Under the pieces are notes generated by a model. The model was given only the letters and a program-made list of their open reading frames with translations, was not told the DNA's origin and ran no database searches. From assembly GCF_054482595.1 (NCBI RefSeq), contig NZ_CM137008.1: 64,000 nt of DNA; one strand, given 5' to 3'. Both the position numbers and the translations under genes were made by a program. Shown one piece after another: positions 20,147 through 31,446 of the stretch; position 1 is the first letter of the stretch, and every line of letters starts with the position of its first letter.

Positions 20147-21184
20147 TTAATCATCACCCGCCACGCGGATCACCACTTTGCCGAAGTTTTTACCCTTCAG
20201 CAGGCCGATAAACGTCTGTGGCGCATTCTCTAAACCGTCAGTAATTTCTTCGCGGTAGTGGATTTTATCCTCTTTCACCCATTGCCCCATCTCCCTCTGA
20301 AACTCATGGATGCGGTGACTATAATCCTGAGCGATAATAAAACCTTGCAAGCGAATACGTTTTTTCAGCACTGTAGCCATCAACAGAGGTAAACGATCCG
20401 GACCGGGTGGTAGCTCTGTAGCGTTATAGCTGCTCACTAATCCGCAGACGGGAATGCGCGCAGATGTATTAAGTAACGGTAGCACCGCATCGAATACCTT
20501 ACCGCCCACGTTTTCATAATAGATATCAATACCTTTTGGGCACGCTTTCGCCAGTTGTTCGGCAAAATCATCCGCGTGGTGATCAAGACAAACATCGAAG
20601 CCTAACACCTCGGTAGCATGGCGGCATTTTTCCGCGCCACCGGCTACCCCCACCACTCTGCAACCTTTAAGTTTGCCGATTTGCCCCACCGTCGCCCCCA
20701 CTGGTCCTGTCGCCGCAGCTACCACCAACGTTTCGCCCTCTTTAGGCTGACCGATATCCAGTAGGCCCATATAAGCGGTAAAGCCTGGCATCCCTAGCAC
20801 ACCCAGCGACCACGATGGATTTTGCGGATGATCGCCAAGTTTCACCAGATCATCACCACTGGATATGTCATAGTCTTGCCATCCACTGTAGCCCAGCACC
20901 CAGTCGCCAGACTGATAATCAGGATGATTCGACTCCACGACACGGCTCACCGTACCGCCGACCATCACGCCGCCAATATCAACCGGCGGTGAATAAGATG
21001 GCTCATCGCTCATACGTCCACGCATATACGGGTCCAGGGACAAATAAACTGTGCGCAGTAACACCTGTCCTTCACCCGGTGTGGCGACATCATCTTCTTC
21101 AAGACGGAAATTCTCCGGAACCGGTACGCCATGTGGACGCGAGGCCAGAACCCAACGTCGATTACGCTGCTTTTGTTGCCCCAT
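20147..21184 (-). CDS. curA: NADPH-dependent curcumin/dihydrocurcumin reductase (MDR superfamily)
   Basis: ORF 20147..21277; start placed at MGQQKQRNRRW for 345 aa. Confidence 0.8.
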   Translation of the reverse strand: MGQQKQRNRRWVLASRPHGVPVPENFRLEEDDVATPGEGQVLLRTVYLSLDPYMRGRMSDEPSYSPPVDIGGVMVGGTVSRVVESNHPDYQSGDWVLGYSGWQDYDISSGDDLVKLGDHPQNPSWSLGVLGMPGFTAYMGLLDIGQPKEGETLVVAAATGPVGATVGQIGKLKGCRVVGVAGGAEKCRHATEVLGFDVCLDHHADDFAEQLAKACPKGIDIYYENVGGKVFDAVLPLLNTSARIPVCGLVSSYNATELPPGPDRLPLLMATVLKKRIRLQGFIIAQDYSHRIHEFQREMGQWVKEDKIHYREEITDGLENAPQTFIGLLKGKNFGKVVIRVAGDD

Positions 21185-21364
21185 AATGCTCTCCTGTGCT
21201 TTTGGCATGAATCCATCAATAGTAGCAGGCTCGCAGGATTGGTTTTGTTTGCAGCCGTCACACCCCCTCTGCAACACGCAATAATTTCATCGAGGAATCC
21301 GTTGCTTCGGGCTGTTTTCGATAGTATTGATAACATCATCATCATTATTTTATTGAGGCCAGAC

Positions 21365-21883
21365 ATGTCCATCCGTTTTGCCCGCAAAGCCGACTGTGCT
21401 GCCATTGCGGAAATTTATAACCACGCCGTGTTGTATACGGCGGCTATCTGGAATGACCAAACGGTGGATGCAGATAACCGCATTGCCTGGTTTGAAGCGC
21501 GGACCATAGCAGGTTATCCGGTGCTGGTAAGTGAAGAAGATGGCGTAGTGACGGGATATGCCTCATTTGGCGACTGGCGTAGTTTCGATGGTTTTCGCCA
21601 TACCGTGGAACATTCGGTTTATGTCCATCCCGATCATCAGGGCAAAGGTCTGGGGCGTAAATTGTTAAGCCGATTGATTGATGAAGCGCGAGATTGCGGG
21701 AAGCATGTCATGGTCGCCGGGATCGAATCGCAAAATCAGGCCTCGCTGCATCTGCACCAGTCGCTGGGATTTGTCGTCACCGCACAAATGCCGCAGGTGG
21801 GCACTAAATTTGGGCGCTGGCTGGATCTGACATTTATGCAGTTGCAACTCGACGAACGCACTGAACCGGACGCGATTGGATGA
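21365..21883 (+). CDS. mnaT: GNAT-family L-amino acid N-acyltransferase
   Basis: Start placed at MSIRFARKADC within ORF 21131..21883; 172 aa; GNAT motifs. Confidence 0.8.
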   Translation: MSIRFARKADCAAIAEIYNHAVLYTAAIWNDQTVDADNRIAWFEARTIAGYPVLVSEEDGVVTGYASFGDWRSFDGFRHTVEHSVYVHPDHQGKGLGRKLLSRLIDEARDCGKHVMVAGIESQNQASLHLHQSLGFVVTAQMPQVGTKFGRWLDLTFMQLQLDERTEPDAIG

Positions 21884-22329
21884 ATCAGTCGCTCACCCTT
21901 GCCTTTTTGATTGCCGCCGGAATTGGTCTGGTAGTCCAGAACACGCTGATGGTGCGCATCACCCAGACCTCCTCTACCATTCTCATCGCCATGTTGCTGA
22001 ACTCACTGGTGGGGATTGTGCTCTTTGTTTCTATTTTATGGTTTAAACAAGGTATGGCGGGGTTTGGCGAACTGGTGTCCAGCGTGCGCTGGTGGACACT
22101 TATACCCGGCTTGCTGGGATCGTTTTTTGTCTTTGCCAGTATCAGCGGATATCAGAATGTGGGAGCGGCGACAACTATTGCAGTACTGGTCGCCAGCCAG
22201 CTGATTGGCGGTCTGGTGCTGGATATCTTCCGCAGTCATGGCGTACCACTACGGACATTGTTCGGCCCAATTTGTGGCGCAATTTTACTTGTGGTTGGCG
22301 CCTGGTTGGTAGCCAGACGCTCATTTTAA
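21880..22329 (+). CDS. ydcZ: Inner-membrane protein (DMT-like)
   Basis: 149-aa hydrophobic ORF; ATGA overlap with mnaT. Confidence 0.8.
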   Translation: MNQSLTLAFLIAAGIGLVVQNTLMVRITQTSSTILIAMLLNSLVGIVLFVSILWFKQGMAGFGELVSSVRWWTLIPGLLGSFFVFASISGYQNVGAATTIAVLVASQLIGGLVLDIFRSHGVPLRTLFGPICGAILLVVGAWLVARRSF

Positions 22330-22563
22330 TCACAGGATGGTGCCGCCTTTGGTTAACTGTTCATGGCGCGCTTCCATATCTTCTTTATGCTTGCGACCGT
22401 GATGAGCAATAGCGGTGCGCAAACGCTGCTGCTGGGTGTAGCGATCTTCCCGACTTAACTCCGCGTCATCGCTCAGAGCGATTAATAATTCGTTCATATG
22501 GGCAATGACGCTCTCTTCAATCGCGGCATCCACGCGCGCGATGACTTCATCCAGATGCGACAT
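22330..22563 (-). CDS. ydcY: Small uncharacterised protein
   Basis: 77-aa ORF; synteny. Confidence 0.65.
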   Translation of the reverse strand: MSHLDEVIARVDAAIEESVIAHMNELLIALSDDAELSREDRYTQQQRLRTAIAHHGRKHKEDMEARHEQLTKGGTIL

Positions 22564-22648
22564 ACTTTCTCCTTAGCCACTTGTGAAATTTATCGATTCA
22601 TCCAAATGATATAAGTCTGCGTGGTGCCGTCAAGCCAGTGAGTAAGAT

Positions 22649-22822
22649 TTAAAACAGTGAAAACAACAGCGCCACCGGGAAACTCATCGGCCATGTTGCC
22701 CCCACCAGAAAGGCGCTTAAGAAACGGATGCGTTTCTTATCGTGAGAAAGAAACCAGGTGATAAGAAATGCGATTGCTGCCATAACCGCATAAAAAACAA
22801 GCATGTGTTGATAGAGAGACAT
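22649..22822 (-). CDS. ortT: Orphan membrane toxin OrtT (GhoT-like)
   Basis: Start placed at MSLYQHMLVFYAV within ORF 22649..22897; 57 aa, two hydrophobic helices. Confidence 0.7.
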   Translation of the reverse strand: MSLYQHMLVFYAVMAAIAFLITWFLSHDKKRIRFLSAFLVGATWPMSFPVALLFSLF

Positions 22823-23006
22823 GTACGGGCGTCCAGCCAGATGAATAAAACGCGCGCAAATATGCGTCATTTTTTGATGTGCATCAAGTTTTTTCACCAG
22901 TTAGAGAAAAAATCATCAAACAGCAACTTGCCCTTATCCATCTTCAGAATGAGTATTATTGCGGATTTTCTTAACCCGTACTATACACATAGGGGCAATG
23001 ATAAAA

Positions 23007-23102
23007 GGTGGCAAAAATGAATGTTTCCAGTAGAACTGTAGTACTGATAAATGTCTTTGCTGCTGTTGGTTTGTTTACTCTTATCTCTATGAGATTTGGC
23101 TG
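23007..23102 (+). CDS. yncL: Small membrane protein YncL (31 aa)
   Basis: atg at 23007 with SD aaaggtgg upstream; encodes MNVSSRTVVLINVFAAVGLFTLISMRFGWFI; too short for the ORF track. Confidence 0.6.
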
Positions 23103-23208
23103 GTTTATTTGATGTAGTGATTTTGCACGCAGCACGTACTGTCAGAGAAATCAGTGCTCTGACAGTACGCAAGATCATCTCATACTCTTACGATCTGCAA
23201 TATTATCC

Positions 23209-24633
23209 TTAATGTTTAACCATGACGTGGCGGACGACGGTGTAATCCTCCAGCCCATAAAGTGACATATCCTTGCCGTAACCAGAAAGTTTCTGCCCAC
23301 CGTGCGGCATTTCACTTACCAGCATGAAATGGGTATTGACCCAGGTACAACCATATTGCAGCCGTGCGCTGACGCGATGCGCCCTGCCCACATCTTTCGT
23401 CCATACCGAAGATGCAAGTCCGTACTGGCTGTCATTCGCCCAGTTCACCACCTGTTCTTCGTTGTCGAAGGGCGTAACACTCACTACTGGACCAAATACC
23501 TCTTTTTGCACGATGGCATCGTCCTGTAATGCGCCAGCCAGCAGCGTCGGCGCATAGTAATAGCCATTACCCTTGCGCTTTTCACCGCCAGTGATCACTT
23601 TGATGTGCCCTGTCGCTTTCGCCTCTTCTACTGCCTTGCTGACGCGTTCGAGATGCGCCAGCGAGCTTAAAGGTCCAAGCTCCGTAGACTCGTCATCCGG
23701 CGCACCAGATTTTAACGTTGCCACCGCAGCACCCAGTTTTTCCACCAGCGTATCGTAAATGCCTTTTTGCGCGTAGATCCGACAAGCCGCAGTACAATCC
23801 TGTCCAGCATTGTAATAGCCAAATGTACGTACACCTTCGACCACTGCTTCAATATCCGCATCATCAAAAACAATCACTGGCGCTTTGCCACCAAGTTCCA
23901 TATGAGTACGCTTAATGGACGACGCGGTATGGCTGATGATGTGCTCGCCGGTGGCGATAGAGCCCGTCAGCGACACCATCCGCACTTTGGGATGACCGGT
24001 CAGCGGATCACCCACCGTTTTGCCTCTGCCAAACAGTACGTTAATCACGCCTGCCGGGAAGATATCTTTCGCCAGCTCTGCCAACTTCAACGCGGTCAGC
24101 GGGGTAATTTCTGATGGTTTAAGCACTACGCAGTTCCCTGCCGCCAGCGCCGGAGCCAGTTTCCACGCTGCCATCATCAGCGGATAATTCCACGGTGCGA
24201 TAGAAGCCACGACCCCCAACGGATCGCGACGGATCATCGAAGTATGACCTTCAAGATATTCACCTGCCGCCAGACCATTCAGACAGCGCGCCGCACCCGC
24301 GAAAAAGCGAAAAACATCGACAATCGCCGGGATTTCATCATTGAACGCACTATGCAGCGGTTTGCCACAATTACGGGACTCCAGTTCGGCAAAAACCTGA
24401 CCATTTTCTTCGATAACATCAGCCAGTTTCAGCAGACATTCCGCACGCACTTTCGGCGTGGTTTGCCCCCATTCGGCAAATGCTGCATCTGCCGCGCGCA
24501 CAGCAGCATCGACCTGCTCTGCGGATGCCTCGGCAATCTCCAGTAAAACGTCCCCCGTTGCCGGATTATAGACAGGCTGTTTTTCCCCTTCGCCGCTAAC
24601 CAGTTCTCCGTTAATCAGTAACTTATGTTGCAT
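23209..24633 (-). CDS. patD: Gamma-aminobutyraldehyde dehydrogenase
   Basis: 474-aa aldehyde dehydrogenase ORF; synteny with ydcSTUV. Confidence 0.9.
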   Translation of the reverse strand: MQHKLLINGELVSGEGEKQPVYNPATGDVLLEIAEASAEQVDAAVRAADAAFAEWGQTTPKVRAECLLKLADVIEENGQVFAELESRNCGKPLHSAFNDEIPAIVDVFRFFAGAARCLNGLAAGEYLEGHTSMIRRDPLGVVASIAPWNYPLMMAAWKLAPALAAGNCVVLKPSEITPLTALKLAELAKDIFPAGVINVLFGRGKTVGDPLTGHPKVRMVSLTGSIATGEHIISHTASSIKRTHMELGGKAPVIVFDDADIEAVVEGVRTFGYYNAGQDCTAACRIYAQKGIYDTLVEKLGAAVATLKSGAPDDESTELGPLSSLAHLERVSKAVEEAKATGHIKVITGGEKRKGNGYYYAPTLLAGALQDDAIVQKEVFGPVVSVTPFDNEEQVVNWANDSQYGLASSVWTKDVGRAHRVSARLQYGCTWVNTHFMLVSEMPHGGQKLSGYGKDMSLYGLEDYTVVRHVMVKH

Positions 24634-24654
24634 AGCATATTCCTGTATCAGTGG

Positions 24655-25449
24655 TTATTGACCATTGTCGCCTTCGCGGGTTAGCCACCAAGCCCCCAGG
24701 ATCGGCAAGGTTGTTACCAACATAACCAGCAGTGCCACCACGTTAGTTACCGGTACATCACGCGGTCGCCCAAGCTGATTGAGCAACCACAACGGTAACG
24801 TTCGTTCATGACCTGCCGTAAAAGTCGTAACGATGATTTCATCGAACGACAAGGCAAACGCCAGCATTCCTCCTGCCAGTAGCGCCGAACTGAGATTCGG
24901 CAACACTACGTAGCGGAAGGTTTGCCAGCCATTGGCCCCAAGATCCATTGACGCCTCAACCAGACTCCACGAGGTGCGGCGAAAACGGGCGATGACATTG
25001 TTAAACACCACCACTACGCAAAAAGTCGCATGACCGACCACGATGGTGAAAAATCCCGGCTCCAGATTGATGGTTTTAAAAGCGGTTAATAGCGCCAGAC
25101 CAGTGACAATGCCCGGCAGCGCAATGGGCAGCAGCAGTAACAGCGAAATGGCGTTTTTGCCGAAAAAGTCTCGTCGCCACAGCGCGGCAGCTGCCAGCGT
25201 CCCTAACACCAGCGCAATTAATGTCGCCAGCGCCGCCACTTTAAGTGACAGTGTCACGGCATCAAGAATATCACTACGCCGTGCTGCCACGCTAAACCAG
25301 TGCAGCGTCAGGCCCTGCGGTGGAAAACTAAACGCCGCATCTTCAGTGTTAAACGCATAGGCGGCGATTATCAGGATGGGAAAATGTAGGAAAACAACGC
25401 CGCCCCAGGCCGCCAGTTTGAGGAAAAACGGTGCGCGTTCAGAGTGCAT
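24655..25449 (-). CDS. ydcV: ABC transporter permease
   Basis: 264-aa membrane ORF with permease signature region. Confidence 0.85.
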   Translation of the reverse strand: MHSERAPFFLKLAAWGGVVFLHFPILIIAAYAFNTEDAAFSFPPQGLTLHWFSVAARRSDILDAVTLSLKVAALATLIALVLGTLAAAALWRRDFFGKNAISLLLLLPIALPGIVTGLALLTAFKTINLEPGFFTIVVGHATFCVVVVFNNVIARFRRTSWSLVEASMDLGANGWQTFRYVVLPNLSSALLAGGMLAFALSFDEIIVTTFTAGHERTLPLWLLNQLGRPRDVPVTNVVALLVMLVTTLPILGAWWLTREGDNGQ

Positions 25450-26380
25450 CGAACGCTCCCAGACGTTTCACGAACGCCAGGTACAGTGCGATGAGAACAA
25501 TCGGCACCAGGGTGAATGCCGCCGCCATCGGCATATTGCCAATCGCCCCCTGCTGGGAATAAACCATATTGCCGATAAAATATCCTGGAGGACCAACCAG
25601 CTGCGGGACGATAAAATCGCCCAGTGTGAGTGAGAAGGTAAAGATAGAGCCAGCGGCAATACCCGGGATTGCCAGCGGCAGCACCACATAGCGAAAGGTT
25701 TGTCGTGGACGTGCGCCGAGATCAGCCGACGCCTGCAACAATGACGGCGGCAAACGCTCAAGCGCCGCCTGAACGGGCAGGATCATGAACGGCAACCAGA
25801 TATAGAGAAACACCAGAAAGCGCCCCAGCCCGGAAGTTGACAGCGTATTTCCGCCCACCGCAGGTAATGTAAGGAACGCAGTCAGCAGTGGTTCCAGCCC
25901 AAGATGTTGTAAAAACCACTGAGCCACGCCATCTTTTGCCAGCAATAACGTCCAGGCATAGGCTTTAACAATGTAGCTCGCCCACATCGGCAACATTACC
26001 GCAATATAAAAAAAAGCTTTCATTTTCCCGCTGGTATAGCGCGCCATATACCACGCCATTGGAAAAGCCAGAATGGCGCTGGCGATAGTGACTGCCACAG
26101 CCATAGTCAGCGTGCGGAGAATGATGTCGTAATTCGCCGGATTAAACAGCGCACGGATATTCGCCAGCGTCAGTTCCGGCGTTACCGACATGGTGAAATC
26201 GTCAAAAGTATAAAATCCCTGCCATAACAGTGTCAGCAGCGAGCCGAAATAGACAATGCCAAACCACATTAGCGGGCCAAGCAGCAGTAAAAACAGCCCC
26301 AGCCCCGGATTACGCCAGAAGAAACCGGACACCTTACCCAGACCTGGACGTGAAGGTGATTGCAATACATTCATCGCCAT
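25439..26380 (-). CDS. ydcU: ABC transporter permease
   Basis: 313-aa membrane ORF; overlaps ydcV start. Confidence 0.85.
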   Translation of the reverse strand: MAMNVLQSPSRPGLGKVSGFFWRNPGLGLFLLLLGPLMWFGIVYFGSLLTLLWQGFYTFDDFTMSVTPELTLANIRALFNPANYDIILRTLTMAVAVTIASAILAFPMAWYMARYTSGKMKAFFYIAVMLPMWASYIVKAYAWTLLLAKDGVAQWFLQHLGLEPLLTAFLTLPAVGGNTLSTSGLGRFLVFLYIWLPFMILPVQAALERLPPSLLQASADLGARPRQTFRYVVLPLAIPGIAAGSIFTFSLTLGDFIVPQLVGPPGYFIGNMVYSQQGAIGNMPMAAAFTLVPIVLIALYLAFVKRLGAFDAL

Positions 26381-27394
26381 TCACCTCTCCTCAACCAGCG
26401 GCACCATCACATCACGCGACCAGGAAACCATCACCTGTTGTCCGGGCGTGAGCGTGGCAGGCAGTTCTTCGCCTGTCATATTGGCCTGACTCACAAGCAG
26501 TTTTTCACCGCCGTTCAATTTCAGTTCAAAACGAGTTGCCGCGCCCTGATATTGCACCGCCTGGATCGTGCCATTGGCCTGCAGTTCACCAGGGGTGTTG
26601 AGGCGGATATGTTCCGGTCGCAGGGCGAAGCTTCCCGTCATGCCACAAAGTTTCTCTGCCATCAGTCCATCAAAAACGTTGGATGTCCCGACGAATCCGG
26701 CAACAAACGGCGTGCGCGGGCGCATATAGAGATCGCGCGGGGAATCGACCTGCTCAATGCGTCCATTATTGAAAACCGCCACACGATCGGACATCGATAA
26801 CGCTTCGCCCTGATCGTGGGTAACGAAGATAAAAGTGATACCGAGAGACTGTTGCAGTTTTTTCAGTTCCAGCTGCATCTGCTCACGCAATTTGAGATCC
26901 AGTGCGCCGAGCGGTTCATCCAACAGCAATACGCGCGGTTCATTCACCAATGCTCTGGCGATAGCAACCCGCTGGCGCTGACCACCAGAAAGTTGTGACG
27001 GTTTACGTTGCTGTACAAACCCCAACGCCACTTTCTCCAGCGCCTCTTGCGCCATTGCGTGCCGCTGCTTTTTATTCACGCCTTTGACCATCAGCCCATA
27101 GGCGACATTGTCAAGAATCGACATATGCGGAAATAGCGCGTAGTCCTGAAAGACAGTATTCACGTCCCGCTCCCACGGTGGCAGATTGCTGGCGGGTTTA
27201 CCAAAGATAGAGATAGCCCCGCCGGAAAGCTGTTCGAAGCCAGCAATCAGGCGCAGGCAGGTGGTTTTGCCGGAGCCGGACGGCCCCAGCATAGAGAAGA
27301 ACTCACCATCTTTTATCGCAATACTGACGCCATCTACTGCGCGCACGTCACCGTACAACCGCGAGACGTTGTCAAACTCCACTGCGTACGTCAT
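26381..27394 (-). CDS. ydcT: ABC transporter ATP-binding protein
   Basis: 337-aa ORF with Walker A GPSGSGKTT and LSGGQRQR signature. Confidence 0.9.
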   Translation of the reverse strand: MTYAVEFDNVSRLYGDVRAVDGVSIAIKDGEFFSMLGPSGSGKTTCLRLIAGFEQLSGGAISIFGKPASNLPPWERDVNTVFQDYALFPHMSILDNVAYGLMVKGVNKKQRHAMAQEALEKVALGFVQQRKPSQLSGGQRQRVAIARALVNEPRVLLLDEPLGALDLKLREQMQLELKKLQQSLGITFIFVTHDQGEALSMSDRVAVFNNGRIEQVDSPRDLYMRPRTPFVAGFVGTSNVFDGLMAEKLCGMTGSFALRPEHIRLNTPGELQANGTIQAVQYQGAATRFELKLNGGEKLLVSQANMTGEELPATLTPGQQVMVSWSRDVMVPLVEER

Positions 27395-27411
27395 AAAGCA
27401 CCCCAGCGAAG

Positions 27412-28557
27412 TTAGCGACCGCCCATAATGGCAATGTAATCCTGCGTCCAGCGACTGTAGGGAACAAACTTGCCCCCTTCTGCTATAGGCGTTTTCCAGA
27501 AGGCGATTTTGTCGAAATAGTTAAAACCGTTGGTTTCACAACCTTTTTCGCCTAATAACGGACTGGCTTTACACCCTTCCGGCACTACCGGTAACGAGCC
27601 AAACCAGGCCGCCACATCGCCCTGCACTTTTGGCGTTAATGACCAGTTCATCCATTTGTAGGCGCAAACCGGATGTTTCGCTTCGCTATGCAGCATGGTG
27701 GTATCAGCCCAACCGGTAACACCCTCCTTCGGGAAAACGGTAGCAACAGGCTGGCCTTCGGCTTTCAGGGCGTTGGCCTGATAGGGCCAGGCACTGGAAG
27801 CAACCACACCCTCGTTTTTGAAATCGCTCATTTGCACGGTAGTGTCATGCCAGTAGCGATGGATCAAACTGTGTTGAGCGCGCAGCACTTTCAGCACCGC
27901 CTGGTACTGTTCTTCGGTTAGTTGATACGGATCGCTGATGCCCAACTGCGGCTGAGTGGCTTTAACGAACAACGCAGCGTCCGCAATGTAGATAGGGCCA
28001 TCATAAGCCTGAACGCGGCCTTTATTGCTCTTGCCGTCCGGCAGATTTTGCTCAACAAAAACCACTTGCCAGTTATCCGGCGGCGTCGGGAAGGTTTTAG
28101 TGTTGTACATCAGCAGGTTCGGCCCCCATTGGTAAGGTGTGCCGTAAACTTTGCCGCCAACATTAAACCAGTCGCCTTTAACCACGCGCGGATCGAGCGT
28201 TTTCCAGTTGGGAATCAAGGCGGTATTAATCGGCTGCACGCGTTTGCCCATAATCAAACGCAGCGAGGCATCGCCGGATGCCGTAACCAGATCGTAACCC
28301 CCTTTGGTCATCAGACTGACCATTTCATCGGAAGTCGCGGCGGTTTTCACATTCACCGCGCAGCCTGTCTCTTTTTCAAATTGCGTTACCCAGTCGTATT
28401 GTTTATCAGTTTGTCCGCGTTCGATGTATCCCGGCCAGGCGATAATATCCAGTCGCCCTTCCGGTTTATCTAAATTGGTAGGTGGTTCGGCGGCGTGAGC
28501 GGTCATTATTGTCATGGTGAGCGCACACAGGCTGCTGCGGGCAAATGTCTTGCTCAT
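27412..28557 (-). CDS. ydcS: Periplasmic substrate-binding protein (polyamine-type)
   Basis: 381-aa ORF with signal peptide; first gene of the ydcSTUV-patD cluster. Confidence 0.85.
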   Translation of the reverse strand: MSKTFARSSLCALTMTIMTAHAAEPPTNLDKPEGRLDIIAWPGYIERGQTDKQYDWVTQFEKETGCAVNVKTAATSDEMVSLMTKGGYDLVTASGDASLRLIMGKRVQPINTALIPNWKTLDPRVVKGDWFNVGGKVYGTPYQWGPNLLMYNTKTFPTPPDNWQVVFVEQNLPDGKSNKGRVQAYDGPIYIADAALFVKATQPQLGISDPYQLTEEQYQAVLKVLRAQHSLIHRYWHDTTVQMSDFKNEGVVASSAWPYQANALKAEGQPVATVFPKEGVTGWADTTMLHSEAKHPVCAYKWMNWSLTPKVQGDVAAWFGSLPVVPEGCKASPLLGEKGCETNGFNYFDKIAFWKTPIAEGGKFVPYSRWTQDYIAIMGGR

Positions 28558-28801
28558 AAGGTCTTACTCCTGTCGTAATTAATTGTTCAGCCGCCGTGCC
28601 GTAAAAATATCTCCTTGTTTAACCATAGACGGCGGCTTGCAGGCACACCTTCGCCCCTGAGAAAATTTAATCAGGTTGTGAGCTACCGCGCATTATGCCG
28701 TCTGTAAGGTTATCTTCTGGAGTATAGACAAGGGGTTAGGAAATATGACTGCTATTCGAAATTCATATTACCCAATCTAAGAGGAATTAAATTAAACGCT
28801 A

Positions 28802-30208
28802 TTACAGCCGTTCTTGAATAAGTTTGCCTAATTGTTTTACCGCCTGTTCTTCACGTTCTCCCCACTGCCACGCGGTATTAAAACGAAAAAAACGTGACCA
28901 GTTTTCACCGGTAGAAAACATTTTACCCGGCGCAATACTGATATGATGCGTCAGTGCCGCCAGGCTTAATTCGCCGGCATCTAACGGCTCGGGGAGCTCC
29001 AGCCAGAGAAAATAACCGCTGTCACTATGATGAATTTTAACTTCCGCAGGCAGATAACGCAGCAGTGCCTGCCAGGCACGTTGTTTACGTTCCGCAAGCT
29101 GGCGACGCAGGCGACGAAGATGGGCGTCGTATCGGCGCGTGGAAAGGTAATCCACCAGCGCAAGTTGCATCGGTGAGCTGGTGGAAAGCGTACTCATCAA
29201 CTGCAAGCGTTGAATTTTACGTGCATGTTTTCCGGCGGCGACCCAACCAATACGAAAACCAGGCACCAGACATTTCGAAAACGAAGAGCAATGCAAAACG
29301 CCATCGTGGCGATCCCACGCTTTCGCAGGCAGCGGTTTTTCCCGTCCAAAATAAAGTTCGCTGTAAACGTCATCTTCAATCAGCGTTACGTTGTACTGAT
29401 TGAGTAACGCCACCAGTTGTGCTTTATTTTGCGGCGTTAAGGTAAATCCGAGTGGGTTCTGGCTATTAGTCATCAGCCAGCACGCTTTCACCGGATAATC
29501 CTGCAACGCCAGTTCCAGCGCCTGAAGATCGATCCCTTCTTTAACATCCGTCGCCACCGATAACGCCTTCAGCCGTAGCCGCTCCAGCGCCTGCAACGCA
29601 CCGTAGAAACAAGGATTCTCTACTATCACCCAATCGCCCGGTTCAGTTACCGCTTGCAAACTGAGGTTTAATGCCTCTAACGCCCCGGCAGTAATGACAA
29701 TTTCATCAGGAGAAATGGTGATGCCCTGTAAGGCATAGCGACGAGCAATAGCCTGACGCAGTTCTGCGTTTCCTGGCGGTAAGTTTTCAATCACGCTCAT
29801 CGCCGTGGCGGTTTTGCTTACCTGCGCCAGCGAGCGGTTTAGTTGTTGGAGGGGGAAAAGTCGCGGGTCGGGAAAGGCCGAGGCAAACGGAACGACCGAC
29901 GGATCGCGACTGGCCTGCAACATATCAAAAATATAAGTGTTGATATCGACTGCTTCATCTCGAGTGACTGGAATGACTGGCGCTTTCGGCATTTTTATTG
30001 CCTGTGGCGCAACGTAATAACCCGACTGCGGTCGTGCGATAATATATCCCTGACTTTCGAGCAACTGATAGGCATGGCTGACAGTCATAAAGCTCATGCC
30101 TGAAAGCGCCACCTGGTCACGCAACGAAGGCAAACGATCGCCGGGTTGCCAGATACCCGACGCAATCTGCTCGCGTAATTGTTCTGCAAGCTGCTGGTAT
30201 TTTTTCAT
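28802..30208 (-). CDS. ydcR: MocR-family regulator (GntR HTH fused to aminotransferase-like domain)
   Basis: 468-aa ORF; N-terminal HTH, C-terminal PLP-fold domain. Confidence 0.85.
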   Translation of the reverse strand: MKKYQQLAEQLREQIASGIWQPGDRLPSLRDQVALSGMSFMTVSHAYQLLESQGYIIARPQSGYYVAPQAIKMPKAPVIPVTRDEAVDINTYIFDMLQASRDPSVVPFASAFPDPRLFPLQQLNRSLAQVSKTATAMSVIENLPPGNAELRQAIARRYALQGITISPDEIVITAGALEALNLSLQAVTEPGDWVIVENPCFYGALQALERLRLKALSVATDVKEGIDLQALELALQDYPVKACWLMTNSQNPLGFTLTPQNKAQLVALLNQYNVTLIEDDVYSELYFGREKPLPAKAWDRHDGVLHCSSFSKCLVPGFRIGWVAAGKHARKIQRLQLMSTLSTSSPMQLALVDYLSTRRYDAHLRRLRRQLAERKQRAWQALLRYLPAEVKIHHSDSGYFLWLELPEPLDAGELSLAALTHHISIAPGKMFSTGENWSRFFRFNTAWQWGEREEQAVKQLGKLIQERL

Positions 30209-30286
30209 TATCGAATCGTAATTATGTGCAGATGATTCGGCAGTCTATATCAGTTGTTAAAAATGACAACTTTTCGTTAACTGTAA

Positions 30287-30703
<417 letters not shown>

Positions 30704-30748
30704 AATTTCGACTGTCTCTCGCATGTCATTAACCTTTTTAATTGGCGA

Positions 30749-30903
30749 TTAACTCAAACCGAGTTGTTTCAGGATTGCTTTACGCAGGAGTGACGCGGCA
30801 TGACACTGCGCCTCCCATGAAACCTGAGTTTCAAATGGTTGCGGCCATTCGCTACATCGACGCCCTGAGATTCGAGCCAACGTCTGAACTCGCTTTGTTT
30901 CAC
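30749..30903 (-). pseudogene. hicA: hicA toxin gene, apparently frameshifted
   Basis: From GTG at 30903 the frame encodes MKQSEFRRWLESQGVDVANGRNHLKLRFHGRRSVMPRHSC then stops after 44 codons at 30769; the HicA-like C-terminus LRKAILKQLGLS is in another frame ending at 30749. Confidence 0.5.
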
Positions 30904-31124
30904 ATCGCCTCCCTGCCGCTGAGTATATCAACAAAGTAAACATTATTGTTTACCTCCGTGTGTAATTTGCTCGAAAATAGCACTAAATCGCCGCAACGGC
31001 AGAATGCCATGCAAAATCAGGAAGGAAGATTCCAGAATTTCTTTGCGCTAATTTGCAAAACTGAATAATAACCTCAAGAAACGATCGGCATCATAGCGGC
31101 AAAAGGTAAGAAAAAGGTGGCAGG

Positions 31125-31355
31125 ATGTTTACGAAGGCGTTATCGGTTGTCTTATTAACGTGTGCGCTGTTCTCAGGACAACTCATGGCAGGGCACAAAG
31201 GACATGAATTTGTGTGGGTAAAGAATGTGGATCATCAGCTGCGTCATGAAGCGGACAGCGATGAATTGCGTGCTGTGGCGGAAGAGTCGGCGGAAGGTTT
31301 GCGCGAGCATTTTTACTGGCAAAAATCGCGCAAACCAGAAGCGGGACAACGTTGA
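31125..31355 (+). CDS. yncJ: Small secreted protein
   Basis: 76-aa ORF with signal peptide. Confidence 0.75.
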   Translation: MFTKALSVVLLTCALFSGQLMAGHKGHEFVWVKNVDHQLRHEADSDELRAVAEESAEGLREHFYWQKSRKPEAGQR

Positions 31356-31446
31356 GTCATTTGTTGCCGGATGCGGCGAGACGCCTTACCCGGCAGGCAA
31401 TATCATGCAGATTCAATGAGTTGTGAGTAACCAGAAAACTGGCGTT

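Noticed and set aside
21131-21364. N-terminal extension of the mnaT ORF
   Set aside because: Overlaps the curA 5' end on the opposite strand; the downstream Met at 21365 gives the expected GNAT length.
22981-23178. Minus-strand 65-aa ORF
   Set aside because: Antisense to the better-supported yncL small-protein gene, with no SD of its own.
30749-30943. Track ORF MFTLLIYSAAGRR... as a 64-aa protein
   Set aside because: Its N-terminal part is an out-of-frame reading of hicA; only the C-terminal LRKAILKQLGLS is HicA-like, so I interpret the locus as a frameshifted hicA.
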